Assembly (NCBI GenBank): GCA_963834385.1
Contig: CAWIBO010000003.1
Coordinates: forward strand, 224,001-288,000
Source of the DNA: an uncultured Verrucomicrobiae bacterium
GTDB lineage: Bacteria; Verrucomicrobiota; Verrucomicrobiia; Chthoniobacterales; UBA10450
DNA: 64,000 nucleotides
Reading direction: 5' to 3'
Both the position numbers and the translations under genes were made by a program. Below are positions 28,886 to 39,711 of the stretch, piece after piece (positions within the stretch are counted from its first letter, which is position 1; the number at the start of each line of letters is the position of its first letter). The notes below the pieces were generated by a model, which did not search any database, was not told the DNA's origin, and saw only the letters and a list, made by a program, of their open reading frames with translations.

Positions 28886-30592
28886 TCAATCGGCCGGGAC
28901 GGTTGTTTCGTCGCGGTTTTTCTCACCTTCCACGGGCGCGGGCGAACGGTTGGCCTCCATGACCTCGACGCCGAGGTCGCCAATCTTGCTGAGGGACAGA
29001 CCCTGCAGGGCCGGCGTGTTCTCGGCCATCTCGCGGAAGACGTCCTCGACCAAAAGGAGACCGTTTCCGCCGGTGCGCGCCTGCAGGATGTCGCGCAGGA
29101 TTTCCCAGTCGTCGCGCGCCTCGCCGGGAGCGTTGATGGCGCGGTTGAGACGCTGGAGACGTCCCTTGCCGTTGATCATGGAGCCGCGCTTTTCCGCGAA
29201 GCCGCAGGAGGGGAGCAAAACGGTGGCGTGCGGGGTAGCCTCGTTGGCCAGGAGACCCATGACAATGAAGGCGGGCAGGGTCGAAAGCACCTCCGTGGTC
29301 AGGCCAAACTCGGTCGGGTCCTCGCCGAAAACCAGCAGGGCGCGAACACTGCCGTTTTTCACTCCCTCGACAATGGCGGGCAGGTGCGCGCCCGGTTCGC
29401 TCGTGATGCCGAGAAGTTTGGCGCCGTTGGTGTTCGGGTTGCGATCCTCGCTCAGGAGGATGTCGTCGCCCGGGCCGCGTCGGGGAACAATGTCGAGGTG
29501 TTGCACGCCGAGGGCGCGGGCCAGTTTCGCGGTCAGCCAGAGTTCCTCATTGGTCATGCGACCGGAGGCGACGAGCGCGATCTCCCAGCCCTGGAAATGC
29601 TGGAGCTGCAGAGCCGCGTGCTTGATCGCGGTGTCCCACGAAACCGGGGCCAGCTTTGTCCCGTCAAAGATCTGCGGCTGGAGCAGGCGTTTCTCCGATT
29701 GCAGATAATCGAAATTGAGGCGGCCGTAATCGCACATCCAGGTGGAATTGACGGCGTCGTTCTCGCGCGGCGTCTGGCGGTAGATCACATCCTGCCGGGT
29801 GCCGATGACGGTGTTGCAGCCGGTGGCGCAACTGGTGCAGAAGCTCTTCGTTTCCTTGAGGAACCAGACCCGCATCTTGAACCGGAAATCGGTGGAGGTG
29901 AGCGCGCCCACCGGGCAGATGTCGACGGTGTTGAGCGAGTAATTGTTTTCCAGCTGCCGGCCGGGGTGGGCCGTGAGCACGGTGTGGCTGCCGCGATCGA
30001 TGAAGCCGAGGACGTCGTCCTTGGCCACTTCCTGGCAGAAACGGATGCAGCGCGAACAGAGAATGCAGCGTTCATCATCGAGGGTGACGCGGGGACCGAG
30101 CTCGACGTTCTTCGGTTTCTTTACCTTGTTCTCGAGGAACCGGGAGGCGGCGTTGCCGTACTCGACGCTGAACTCCTGCAGCCGGCATTCCCCCGCCTGG
30201 TCGCAGATCGGGCAGTCGAGCGGATGATTGATCAGGAGAAATTCCATCACGCCCCGGCGGCATTCCTCGACCAGGGGCGAGGTGGTCCGCACCCCCATCC
30301 CCTCGGAAACATCCTGGGCGCAGGAAATCTGCGGGCGCGGCATCCAGTTGATCAGCGGCTTCCCGTCCTCGCCCAGCTCCGGCTGGCGATCGGGCCCGAG
30401 CTTGGGCATGCCCATCTCGACGAGGCACATCCGGCAGTTCCCGGGCGAACTCAATTTCTTGTGGTAGCAATAGCGCGGGACGTAATGCCCCGCCTGCTCG
30501 CACGCCTCGATCAACCGCGTCCCCTTGGGGAACTGGTGCCAGACACCGTCCACCTGGACGTTGACCATTTGTGCTGGAGTGGATTCGGGCAT
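28886..30592 (-). CDS. nuoG: NADH-quinone oxidoreductase subunit G (short form, 568 aa)
   Basis: PRYCYH...GNCRMCLVE, NHPLDCPICDQAGECRLQ, CILCSRCIRFC...CPVGAL, CTSCATGC...WMCD. Confidence 0.94.
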   Translation of the reverse strand: MPESTPAQMVNVQVDGVWHQFPKGTRLIEACEQAGHYVPRYCYHKKLSSPGNCRMCLVEMGMPKLGPDRQPELGEDGKPLINWMPRPQISCAQDVSEGMGVRTTSPLVEECRRGVMEFLLINHPLDCPICDQAGECRLQEFSVEYGNAASRFLENKVKKPKNVELGPRVTLDDERCILCSRCIRFCQEVAKDDVLGFIDRGSHTVLTAHPGRQLENNYSLNTVDICPVGALTSTDFRFKMRVWFLKETKSFCTSCATGCNTVIGTRQDVIYRQTPRENDAVNSTWMCDYGRLNFDYLQSEKRLLQPQIFDGTKLAPVSWDTAIKHAALQLQHFQGWEIALVASGRMTNEELWLTAKLARALGVQHLDIVPRRGPGDDILLSEDRNPNTNGAKLLGITSEPGAHLPAIVEGVKNGSVRALLVFGEDPTEFGLTTEVLSTLPAFIVMGLLANEATPHATVLLPSCGFAEKRGSMINGKGRLQRLNRAINAPGEARDDWEILRDILQARTGGNGLLLVEDVFREMAENTPALQGLSLSKIGDLGVEVMEANRSPAPVEGEKNRDETTVPAD

Positions 30593-30594
30593 GG

Positions 30595-31064
30595 GATGAA
30601 TCAGGAAACCAGGAAAGCAGGAAACTCAGGATGGAAAATCGTGCACGGCGTCTTGGCTGGAACTCGCGGCCGACACGTTTAATCGTCAGCGGGCGCGTGG
30701 CGAAATTCAGAAGAAGACCGTCGTTCAGGTCGACAGCCTTCAGATAAGTGCGCAGGATGGCGTAATGTATCGTTTTCCAGGGCGATAATGGCCTTGAACT
30801 CGACGAGCGACATCGGCCTCAACCAGAAAGTCCAGGCGATGCTCACCGATTTGATGATCCTTGTAGAAAAGCGGGATCGGGTGTTGCCGCTATACTGAAT
30901 GCCGCTGAGCGGCGAAGTTCGACCGCCAAGTGCCTGCTCGTAAATAGACTCGAGGAAACCCGGACCCAGCTCCGGATGGACACGTGATGGCCGCGCCGAT
31001 GATCGGCCTCGTGACGTCCCGATCCCTCAGTTTTTTTCCTGTGTTCCTGCTTTCCTGATTCATC
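30595..31064. mobile_element. Putative IR-bounded element between nuoF and nuoG carrying a GxxExxY gene
   Basis: Terminal inverted repeats GATGAATCAGGAAACCAGGAAAGCAGGAAA (30595-30624) and, on the minus strand, GATGAATCAGGAAAGCAGGAACACAGGAAA (31064-31035): 27/30 identical, built from an 8-nt CAGGAAAN unit. Mobility is inferred, not shown. Confidence 0.65.
30630..31063 (-). pseudogene. GxxExxY protein (PD-(D/E)xK nuclease-like), multiply frameshifted as read; 3' end uncertain
   Basis: Stitched translation: MNQESRNTGKKLRDRDVTRPIIGAAIT/VHPELGPGFLESIYEQA/LAVE../GIQY/RQHPIPLFYKDHQIGEHRLDFLVEADV/LVEFKAIIALEN/IHYAILRTYLKAVDLNDGLLLNFATRPLTIKRV. The GFLESIY motif is at 30940-30960. Confidence 0.88.
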
Positions 31065-31068
31065 TTCC

Positions 31069-33042
<1,974 letters not shown>

Positions 33043-33046
33043 GAGA

Positions 33047-33355
33047 CTAGTTTGAAAGCGAGCCCGTCATGGACTCCACCTTGTCGTCCCAGAAAACGAT
33101 GGTGACCGTGTCGCCGCCCTGCTTGTAGATGTAGGTGACCTTCTTGTTCACATCCATCGGTTCAGTCTCGACGGTGGTGGGCAGGCCGAGGATGGACTCG
33201 ACCTGTTTCCGGGCCATGCCGGTGGCGACCTCCTCGACATTGGCCTGGGTGAGGTTTTTGTCGGGATTACAGGCCGCCAGGAGGAGAGCAGCGCCGGCCG
33301 CAAGAAGCGTCCGCGCGGCCCGGGCGGGAATGAAGGCGCGGGCCGGCCGGCTCAC
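33047..33355 (-). CDS. Small lipoprotein, SmpA/OmlA(BamE)/DUF3862-like
   Basis: Lipobox LLAAC; GMARKQVESILGLP motif; GTGA overlap with the upstream paralog. Confidence 0.75.
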   Translation of the reverse strand: MSRPARAFIPARAARTLLAAGAALLLAACNPDKNLTQANVEEVATGMARKQVESILGLPTTVETEPMDVNKKVTYIYKQGGDTVTIVFWDDKVESMTGSLSN

Positions 33356-33654
33356 GGCTCGCGTCCGAGGTTGGTGTCCTTGCTGTCGACCTCGTCGTTC
33401 TTGAAGGTGATGACAGCAAACTTGTCCTCGTTCTCGTAGCGGTAGGTCGTGCGCTTGTAGATGACCTTGTCCTCCTCCTTGGCCGAGGTCGGTTCGCCCA
33501 GGATCGATTTGACCTGCGTCTTCGACATCCCGAGCGAGATCTGATCGTAGTTGGCCGAGGTCAGTTTCGCGCCGGGAGCCCGTTCGCAGCCGGTAATGAC
33601 AAGGGAAAGGCCAAGAATCGCCAGCACGGCCGCCAGTTGGAAGGAGTGTTTCAT
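33352..33654 (-). CDS. Small lipoprotein, SmpA/OmlA(BamE)/DUF3862-like (paralog of the adjacent gene)
   Basis: Lipobox VITGC; LTSANYDQISLGMSKTQVKSILGEP motif. Confidence 0.78.
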   Translation of the reverse strand: MKHSFQLAAVLAILGLSLVITGCERAPGAKLTSANYDQISLGMSKTQVKSILGEPTSAKEEDKVIYKRTTYRYENEDKFAVITFKNDEVDSKDTNLGREP

Positions 33655-33659
33655 AATGG

Positions 33660-34916
33660 TTACCTGTCGCATTCGCCCATGACAAAATCCAGACTGCCGA
33701 GAATGGCAACGACATCGCTCATCATCGAGCCGGGCAGCAGCTCGGGCAGGATGCTGAGATTGACGAACGAAGGCGCGCGGATCTTGAGCCGGTGAGGCAC
33801 GCCGCCCCCCTTGCTGTTAATGTAAAAGCCCAGCTCGCCCTTCGGATTTTCCGCCCCGAAGTAGACCTCGCCCGGCGGCGCCTTCAGCCCCTCGGTCACA
33901 ACGATGAAGTGGTGGATCAGCTCCTCCATTTTCGTCATGACGTTGGCCTTTGGCGGCGGCATGTTTTTCCAGTCGGTCACGTTGATCGGGCCCGCCGGCA
34001 GGGTCTCGATGACCTGGCGAAGAATGCGCACGCTCTGCCGCATCTCCTCGATCCGGACCAGATAACGGTCGTAACAATCGCCGGCTGAACCGACCACCAC
34101 CTCGAAATCGTATTTCTCGTAATCGAGATAGGGATGTTTCCGCCGCAGATCGTGTTCAACGCCGCTTCCGCGCAGGTTCGGCCCCGAGAGGGCGTAGGCG
34201 ATGGCGCGATCCTTCGGGATGACGCCGATGTCCTTTGTGCGGTCGACGAAAATCCGGTTCCGGGTGAGAAGCTTGTCGATCTCGTCGAGCTGCGGGATGA
34301 AGCCGTCGAGAAACGCCTCGAGCTGCGGGATGAACGTGGACGGCAGGTCGCGGATCTGCCCGCCGACCCGGGTGTAGGAGGTGGTGAACCGCGCCCCGGT
34401 CAGGAGTTCAAAGAGGTTATACAGCTTTTCGCGCTCGGTGAAGGTGTAGAGGAAAACGGTCATGGCGCCGAGATCGAGGGCCATGGCGCCGAGGCCGAGG
34501 AGATGGGCGGAAATACGCGCGGTCTCGCAGCAGAGGACGCGGATGGCCTTGCCCCGGGGCGGCAGCTCCCAGCCCATCAATTTTTCGACGGCGAGGGCGT
34601 AGGCGACGTTGTTCGCGAGCGGAGCCAGGTAATCGAGCCGGTCGGTGTAAGGCACGAACTGGTTGTATTGCATGTTTTCCGCGATTTTCTCGTCGCCGCG
34701 ATGCAGGTAACCGACATCGGGCGTGGCCCGGGTGACCATCTCCCCGTCGAGCTCGAGGACGAGACGGAGGACGCCGTGAGTGGCGGGGTGGGAGGGCCCC
34801 ATGTTCAGGATCATTTTCTCGCCGATATCGCCCGCCGCCGGGTCCATCTCCGCCTGGGCCTGCGCGACGCGCGTGGCCGGGTCCGGTGATTCGAGTTCGC
34901 GCGTGGTAAAGCCCAT
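33660..34916 (-). CDS. nuoD: NADH-quinone oxidoreductase subunit D
   Basis: LNMGPSHPATHGVLRL, GYLHRGDEK, DRLDY, ENPKGELG, RLKIRAPSF, DFVMGECDR. Confidence 0.97.
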   Translation of the reverse strand: MGFTTRELESPDPATRVAQAQAEMDPAAGDIGEKMILNMGPSHPATHGVLRLVLELDGEMVTRATPDVGYLHRGDEKIAENMQYNQFVPYTDRLDYLAPLANNVAYALAVEKLMGWELPPRGKAIRVLCCETARISAHLLGLGAMALDLGAMTVFLYTFTEREKLYNLFELLTGARFTTSYTRVGGQIRDLPSTFIPQLEAFLDGFIPQLDEIDKLLTRNRIFVDRTKDIGVIPKDRAIAYALSGPNLRGSGVEHDLRRKHPYLDYEKYDFEVVVGSAGDCYDRYLVRIEEMRQSVRILRQVIETLPAGPINVTDWKNMPPPKANVMTKMEELIHHFIVVTEGLKAPPGEVYFGAENPKGELGFYINSKGGGVPHRLKIRAPSFVNLSILPELLPGSMMSDVVAILGSLDFVMGECDR

Positions 34917-35045
34917 CCTGAGCTGTTATGCTCGCGCCGCGCGCACGCTAGGCAAGCCGAATATTGAGCATTCCGAGGGGGCGCGCCCGGATCTTCCGCG
35001 TTTTTCGCGATTCGCATTCCCCGCGATTCGATTTAATGCTTCCAG

Positions 35046-35981
35046 ATGGCACGAAAAATTGCACTGCTGTTTGCGGGGCAGGGGGCGCAGACCGTCGGGA
35101 TGGGCCGGGACCTGGCGGAAAAATTCGAGGTGGCGGGTGAATTGTTCCGGTCAGCGGATGAGATCCTGGACCGGAGCCTGACCGGGGTGACGTGGGAAGG
35201 CCCCCTGGAGGAGCTGACCCGGACATCAAACTGCCAGCCGGCGCTTTTCGTACATGGGCTGGCCTGCCTCGCGGTGCTGCGCGATCTCGCCGGAAATTTC
35301 GAGGTTGGCGGTGCGGCCGGCCTGTCGCTCGGGGAAATGACGGCGCACGCCGCCGCGGAGACGTTTGCCTTTCCGGCCGGGCTGAAACTGGTGCAACGAC
35401 GGGGACAGCTCATGGACGAAGCCTGCGCCGCCACCTCGGGGGCGATGGCGGCCATGATCGGTGCGGAGGAAAACGCGGTGCGCGCCCTGGCCGCGAATGC
35501 GGATGTCGATGTGGCGAACATCAACGCGCCCGGGCAGATCGTGATCTCGGGCGAGAAGGCAAAGGTCGACATGGCGGTCGGGTTGGCCAAGGAACATGGG
35601 ATCCGACGCGCGACGCTCCTGAACGTGGCAGGCGCCTATCATTCGCGCCTGATGGAGTCAGCCTACCAGCAACTTGGACCTGCCCTGGTGAACGTGCAGA
35701 TGAACGTCCCGAAATTTCCCGTGATCAGCAACGTCACCGGGCAGGAGGTAAAAACCCTTCCGGAGATCCGCTCGACCCTGCAGGAGCAGGTGACCAGCTC
35801 GGTGCGCTGGGTGGATTGCATGGAAACGCTGCTGGGCCTGGGCTGCGATTTATTTATCGAGCTGGGGCCGGGCGGCGTCCTCGCTGGGCTCCTGCAACGC
35901 ATCCGGAAAGGCGTTGAGGTCGTGAGCGTGAGCGATGTCCCTTCCCTGGAGGCAGCGGTGGAAAAGCTGCGCCAGGGTTGA
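35046..35981 (+). CDS. fabD: Malonyl CoA-ACP transacylase
   Basis: LFAGQGAQTVGMG, CQPAL, GLSLGE, ANINAPGQIVISG, VAGAYHS, ELGPGGVL. Confidence 0.96.
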   Translation: MARKIALLFAGQGAQTVGMGRDLAEKFEVAGELFRSADEILDRSLTGVTWEGPLEELTRTSNCQPALFVHGLACLAVLRDLAGNFEVGGAAGLSLGEMTAHAAAETFAFPAGLKLVQRRGQLMDEACAATSGAMAAMIGAEENAVRALAANADVDVANINAPGQIVISGEKAKVDMAVGLAKEHGIRRATLLNVAGAYHSRLMESAYQQLGPALVNVQMNVPKFPVISNVTGQEVKTLPEIRSTLQEQVTSSVRWVDCMETLLGLGCDLFIELGPGGVLAGLLQRIRKGVEVVSVSDVPSLEAAVEKLRQG

Positions 35982-36090
35982 TCCGCGGCCATCGCGGTGC
36001 TGGCGTTGTTGTCAGACGTCGGGACGGGAGCGGGTGGGAACGCGACTGCGCGGTTGCACTGGCCCCGGCGTTTCCACTACTGTCTGGCGC

Positions 36091-36543
36091 GTGAGCCTGC
36101 CGCAAAAGATCGATGCCGACCTCAAGGACGCCATGCGGGCGAAGGACGCGGAAAAACTCAATGTCCTGCGCATGCTCAAATCAGCCTTGAAATATGCCGC
36201 GATCGAAAAGGCCGGCGCGGATGCGGAACTCGATGACGCCGAGGCCAGTCAGGTGATCCGAAAACAGGTCAAGCAACGGCAGGATTCGATTGAGAGTTTC
36301 GAGAAGGGCGGCCGGGCGGAGCTGGCGGCAAAGGAAAAATCGGAGCTGGCGATTTTGAGCGGCTATCTCCCGCAGCAGATGAAACCGGAGGAACTGGCCG
36401 CGCTGGTGCGGGAGGCCATCGCGGAGACCGGAGCGACCTCGAGGGCGCAGATGGGCGCGGTGATGAAGGTGCTGCAGGCGAAAGCGGCCGGGCGGGCCGA
36501 CGGCAAGGCCCTGAGCGCGGAGGTCCAGCGGCAGCTTGGCTGA
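36091..36543 (+). CDS. GatB/YqeY domain protein
   Basis: SLPQKIDADLKDAMRAKD...KQVKQRQDSIESF...YLPQQM...MGAVMK...GRADGK. Upstream TTGCAC-N18-TACTGT promoter. Confidence 0.92.
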   Translation: MSLPQKIDADLKDAMRAKDAEKLNVLRMLKSALKYAAIEKAGADAELDDAEASQVIRKQVKQRQDSIESFEKGGRAELAAKEKSELAILSGYLPQQMKPEELAALVREAIAETGATSRAQMGAVMKVLQAKAAGRADGKALSAEVQRQLG

Positions 36544-37213
36544 TCTCAGCGCCATCATCGTCGCGGCCGGCAGCAGCCGGCGGATGGGCTTTGATAAGTT
36601 ATCAGCCCTGATCGCCGGCCGTGAAGTGCTAGGTCATTCCGTGGCGGCCTTCGCCGCGCTCCCGGAGGTGGCGGAGATCGTCGTGGTGGGGCATCCCGAC
36701 CGGCTGGAGCTCCTTGGCCGGATGGCAGCGGCCGCGGCCCTTGAGAAAAACGTGCGTCTGATTGCCGGCGGATTGCGCCGGCAGGATTCCGTCGGGGCTG
36801 GTCTCGCCGCCGTGACTGCGCCCTTTGTCGCAGTGCACGATGCCGCGCGTCCCCTGATCACGCCGGCGCTGATTGGCCGGCTGCTGGAGCGCTGCCGGGA
36901 AAAGCGGGCGGTGGCGCCCGCGGCGCCGGTCACGGACACGCTGAAGCGGGCGGGAGCAAATTACGAAGTGATGGGCTCGCTCGACCGGAACGCCGTCTAT
37001 GCCATGCAGACCCCGCAGGTTTTTGCGACCGATCTTTTGCGGAGGGCCTACCGCGCGGTGGAGGAGAAAGCACTGGAAATCACCGACGAAGTTTCGGCGG
37101 TGGAACATCTCGGGGAAGCGGTCTGGCTGCTGCCGCACGATGAACCGAACCCAAAGATCACCTATCCCACCGATCTGCCGCTGGCCGAATTCTGGCTGGA
37201 GCGCCGCCGCTAG
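36536..37213 (+). CDS. ispD: 2-C-methyl-D-erythritol 4-phosphate cytidylyltransferase
   Basis: IIVAAGSSRRMG, GGLRRQDSV, VHDAARP, DTLK, QTPQVF, ITDE, NPKITYPTDL. Confidence 0.95.
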   Translation: MADLSAIIVAAGSSRRMGFDKLSALIAGREVLGHSVAAFAALPEVAEIVVVGHPDRLELLGRMAAAAALEKNVRLIAGGLRRQDSVGAGLAAVTAPFVAVHDAARPLITPALIGRLLERCREKRAVAPAAPVTDTLKRAGANYEVMGSLDRNAVYAMQTPQVFATDLLRRAYRAVEEKALEITDEVSAVEHLGEAVWLLPHDEPNPKITYPTDLPLAEFWLERRR

Positions 37214-37214
37214 G

Positions 37215-38201
37215 CTACTCGACGAGGGCGCTCTGCGGGCGCGGGAAATGTTCGTCCACCAGGCGGACGACCTGCTCGACGTTGGCCGGCTTGAATTGCC
37301 GGTTCTTCAGGCGACCCGCCGCGGGCAGGTCGGCGACCTGGAGCAATTCGCCCCCTTTCCAGATCCAGGCCGCCTCGTTGTAGGGGCCGACCCGGCGAGG
37401 TTTGCTCCAGGTATGGATGGAGAGAAGGCGGTCGCCCAGCGCGGCGGCGATATGCATGGGGCCGCTGTCGACGCTGATGGTGAAATGGGCCACGCGGAGA
37501 AGGCGGACGAGCTGGAGCAGGGTGGTCTGGTTGGTCAGGTCGATGCAATTGGCCGGAGGATCAAAGGGGCGGGTCGAGCGTCCCACCACGACCACGCGGG
37601 TGGGGCGAAAGGCGTGGCAGAATTCCTCAATCACCGCGGTGGAGATCGATTTGCGCCGGCCGCGCGCGTAGGGATGAAGCAGGATAAAGGGAGGATACTC
37701 GTCAAAACGGGGCAGGGCGTCGCCGGATGGGAGCGGACAACGCAGCAGCTCGGGCTCGGGCGCGCCCACCAGTTCGGCGAGTTTGAGATAGCGCTCAACG
37801 GCGTGGGCCCGGCGGTCCACCCGTGCGACTTCATCGTAAAAAAAGCGGGAGCCTTCGCGGCCGTCGCTCATCCCGACGATCTTCCGGGCGTGGCTGGACC
37901 GGGCGATGAAGGCGCTGCGGAAAAGGCCCTGGAAATCGACCGCGAGGTCGGGTTGCAGCTCACGGGTGCGCCGGAGCCAGGCCATAAGGGAGCGGGGCGC
38001 GCCGAGGCCGCGGAATTCGCCGCGCGGGAACAGGTGCACATGATTGACGTCGCGGTTGCCGCGCAGCAAGGAAGCCCATTCCGGGTTGATCACCCAGGTG
38101 ATCTGCGCCCTGGGATAGGCGTCGCGGATGGCGGCGACGGCGGGCAGGGTATGGACGATGTCGCCGAGCGAGCTGGGTTTGATGATGAGGATTGATCGCA
38201 C
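37215..38201 (-). CDS. Glycosyltransferase family 9 (LPS heptosyltransferase-like)
   Basis: ILIIKPSSLGDIVHTLP, DFQGLFRS, HAVERY, DSGPMHIAAALG. Start approximate. Confidence 0.9.
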   Translation of the reverse strand: MRSILIIKPSSLGDIVHTLPAVAAIRDAYPRAQITWVINPEWASLLRGNRDVNHVHLFPRGEFRGLGAPRSLMAWLRRTRELQPDLAVDFQGLFRSAFIARSSHARKIVGMSDGREGSRFFYDEVARVDRRAHAVERYLKLAELVGAPEPELLRCPLPSGDALPRFDEYPPFILLHPYARGRRKSISTAVIEEFCHAFRPTRVVVVGRSTRPFDPPANCIDLTNQTTLLQLVRLLRVAHFTISVDSGPMHIAAALGDRLLSIHTWSKPRRVGPYNEAAWIWKGGELLQVADLPAAGRLKNRQFKPANVEQVVRLVDEHFPRPQSALVE

Positions 38202-38215
38202 GGGGAAGGACGAGG

Positions 38216-38938
38216 TTACCGGCCGAGGGCGAGGCGGTCGGCCAGGAGTTCGGGCAGCCGTGATTGCCGGATTTTTTGCTGGGCGCCGGCAAGATCGTAT
38301 TTGATCCGGCGCAGTTCGACGACTGCTTTTTCGGGATCGAAGAGGCAATAGGCGGCGCGCCAGTCGCCGTCGCGTGGCTGGCCGACGCTGCCGGCATTGA
38401 TGAAATATTTTTTGCCGGGATCGATCGCGAGGCGCTCGAATTTTTTGCGGTGCACGGCGCCGTCGCGCTCAAAAGCGACCGGGATGTGGGTGTGGCCGAA
38501 GAAGCAGACGCAGGTGTGCTGGTAGGTGAAGCTGGCCCCGGCATCGAGCGTGTTCAGGACGTAGCCCCACTGGTCCGGGGTATCGAGGGTCGCGTGGACA
38601 ATGGTGAAATCGCGCACGAGGCGGGTCAGCCGGAGCTGTTGCAGCCATTCCTTTTGGTCATCGTCCAGGGCGGCCCGGGTCCAGAGCAGCGCACGCGCGG
38701 CCAGTTCGTTGAAACCATCGAGAGGGGAATCGAGCGCGGCCTGTTCGTCGTGGTTGCCCTTGACCACCGGGCACTCGAGTTCCTGCACGAGCTGAATGCA
38801 TTCGGCCGGGTTCGCATTGTAGCCGACGACATCGCCGAGGCAGACGAAATGCGTGGCCTCCTGGTCGTGGGCATCGGCCAGGACAGCCTCGATCGCCTCG
38901 AGGTTGGCGTGGATGTCGCTGAAGATGGCAAATCGCAT
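38216..38938 (-). CDS. Metallophosphoesterase family protein
   Basis: SDIHANLEA, CLGDVVGY, KGNHD, FFGHTH, INAGSVGQPRD. Confidence 0.92.
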   Translation of the reverse strand: MRFAIFSDIHANLEAIEAVLADAHDQEATHFVCLGDVVGYNANPAECIQLVQELECPVVKGNHDEQAALDSPLDGFNELAARALLWTRAALDDDQKEWLQQLRLTRLVRDFTIVHATLDTPDQWGYVLNTLDAGASFTYQHTCVCFFGHTHIPVAFERDGAVHRKKFERLAIDPGKKYFINAGSVGQPRDGDWRAAYCLFDPEKAVVELRRIKYDLAGAQQKIRQSRLPELLADRLALGR

Positions 38939-39711
38939 CAGGGTCGGGCGCGGCCCGGGGCCGGGTCGGGAATGCGCTGGTCCGCCGGAACGTTGAGTTT
39001 TTCCTCGAGCGATTTCAATCGTGCAATCAGGGTGGGCGCGCGTTCCCGGGCGCCGCGGCGGTAAAGCTTGAGCAGGCGGGCATAGGCGGAGTGTTCCTGG
39101 CCGCGAACCTGGGCGAGCTCGTAGGCCGAAAACCGCTCCAGGTAGGAGGAGGCTCCGGGCAGGGTGGAGGCATGGAGAAACGCCTCGGAGGCGCGCATGT
39201 GATCCTGGAACTTGTCGCGGTAAAGCCGGCCGAGCGCTTCCCAAAGCCGGGCGCTGCGCGGGTTGTAACGCAGGCCGCGTTCGAGAAAATCGCGCCCCAG
39301 GTGATAAAATTCGCGCTGGCGGCGAAGCCGGTCGGCCAGCCGGGGATTTTCGGGATCGCGCCGGGCCGCGGCACTCGCGTTCCAGGCCATGTGCCAGGCG
39401 GCGATGTCCCAGAACATCTCCGAGGCCGGCTGCAACGAGGTGGCCTGGCGCAGAAGCAGGAGCAGCCGGCTCCAGTCCGTTTTCTCCCAGGCGGCGTGGG
39501 CCTGCAAAAAAAGGAAGTCGGCCACCACGGAGCGGAAGCCGCTCAGGGCGGCGACAAAGCCGAAGTGCCCGATTTTTTCCCGCAACTCGAGATCGAGTTT
39601 GCCGCCGTGAAAACGGAGGTCGCGATATTCGCGGGCCAGGCCTTGTTCCATTGGCAACCGGAGGAGACCGAAGCCGAGCAGGGCCGCGCTGAGAAGAAGC
39701 GGGCGTTTCAT
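38938..39711 (-). CDS. Membrane-anchored TPR-like hypothetical protein (PilG/XapA-like by context)
   Basis: N-terminal TM; LSGFRSVVADFLFL, AWHMAWN, FLERGLRYNP helical repeats; translationally coupled to the ABC permease. Confidence 0.6.
   Translation of the reverse strand: MKRPLLLSAALLGFGLLRLPMEQGLAREYRDLRFHGGKLDLELREKIGHFGFVAALSGFRSVVADFLFLQAHAAWEKTDWSRLLLLLRQATSLQPASEMFWDIAAWHMAWNASAAARRDPENPRLADRLRRQREFYHLGRDFLERGLRYNPRSARLWEALGRLYRDKFQDHMRASEAFLHASTLPGASSYLERFSAYELAQVRGQEHSAYARLLKLYRRGARERAPTLIARLKSLEEKLNVPADQRIPDPAPGRARP

Noticed and set aside
30595..31064. Classical IS element
   Set aside because: Too short, no DDE, HUH or serine/tyrosine recombinase motifs, and no evident target-site duplication. 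Kept instead as a non-classical IR-bounded element.
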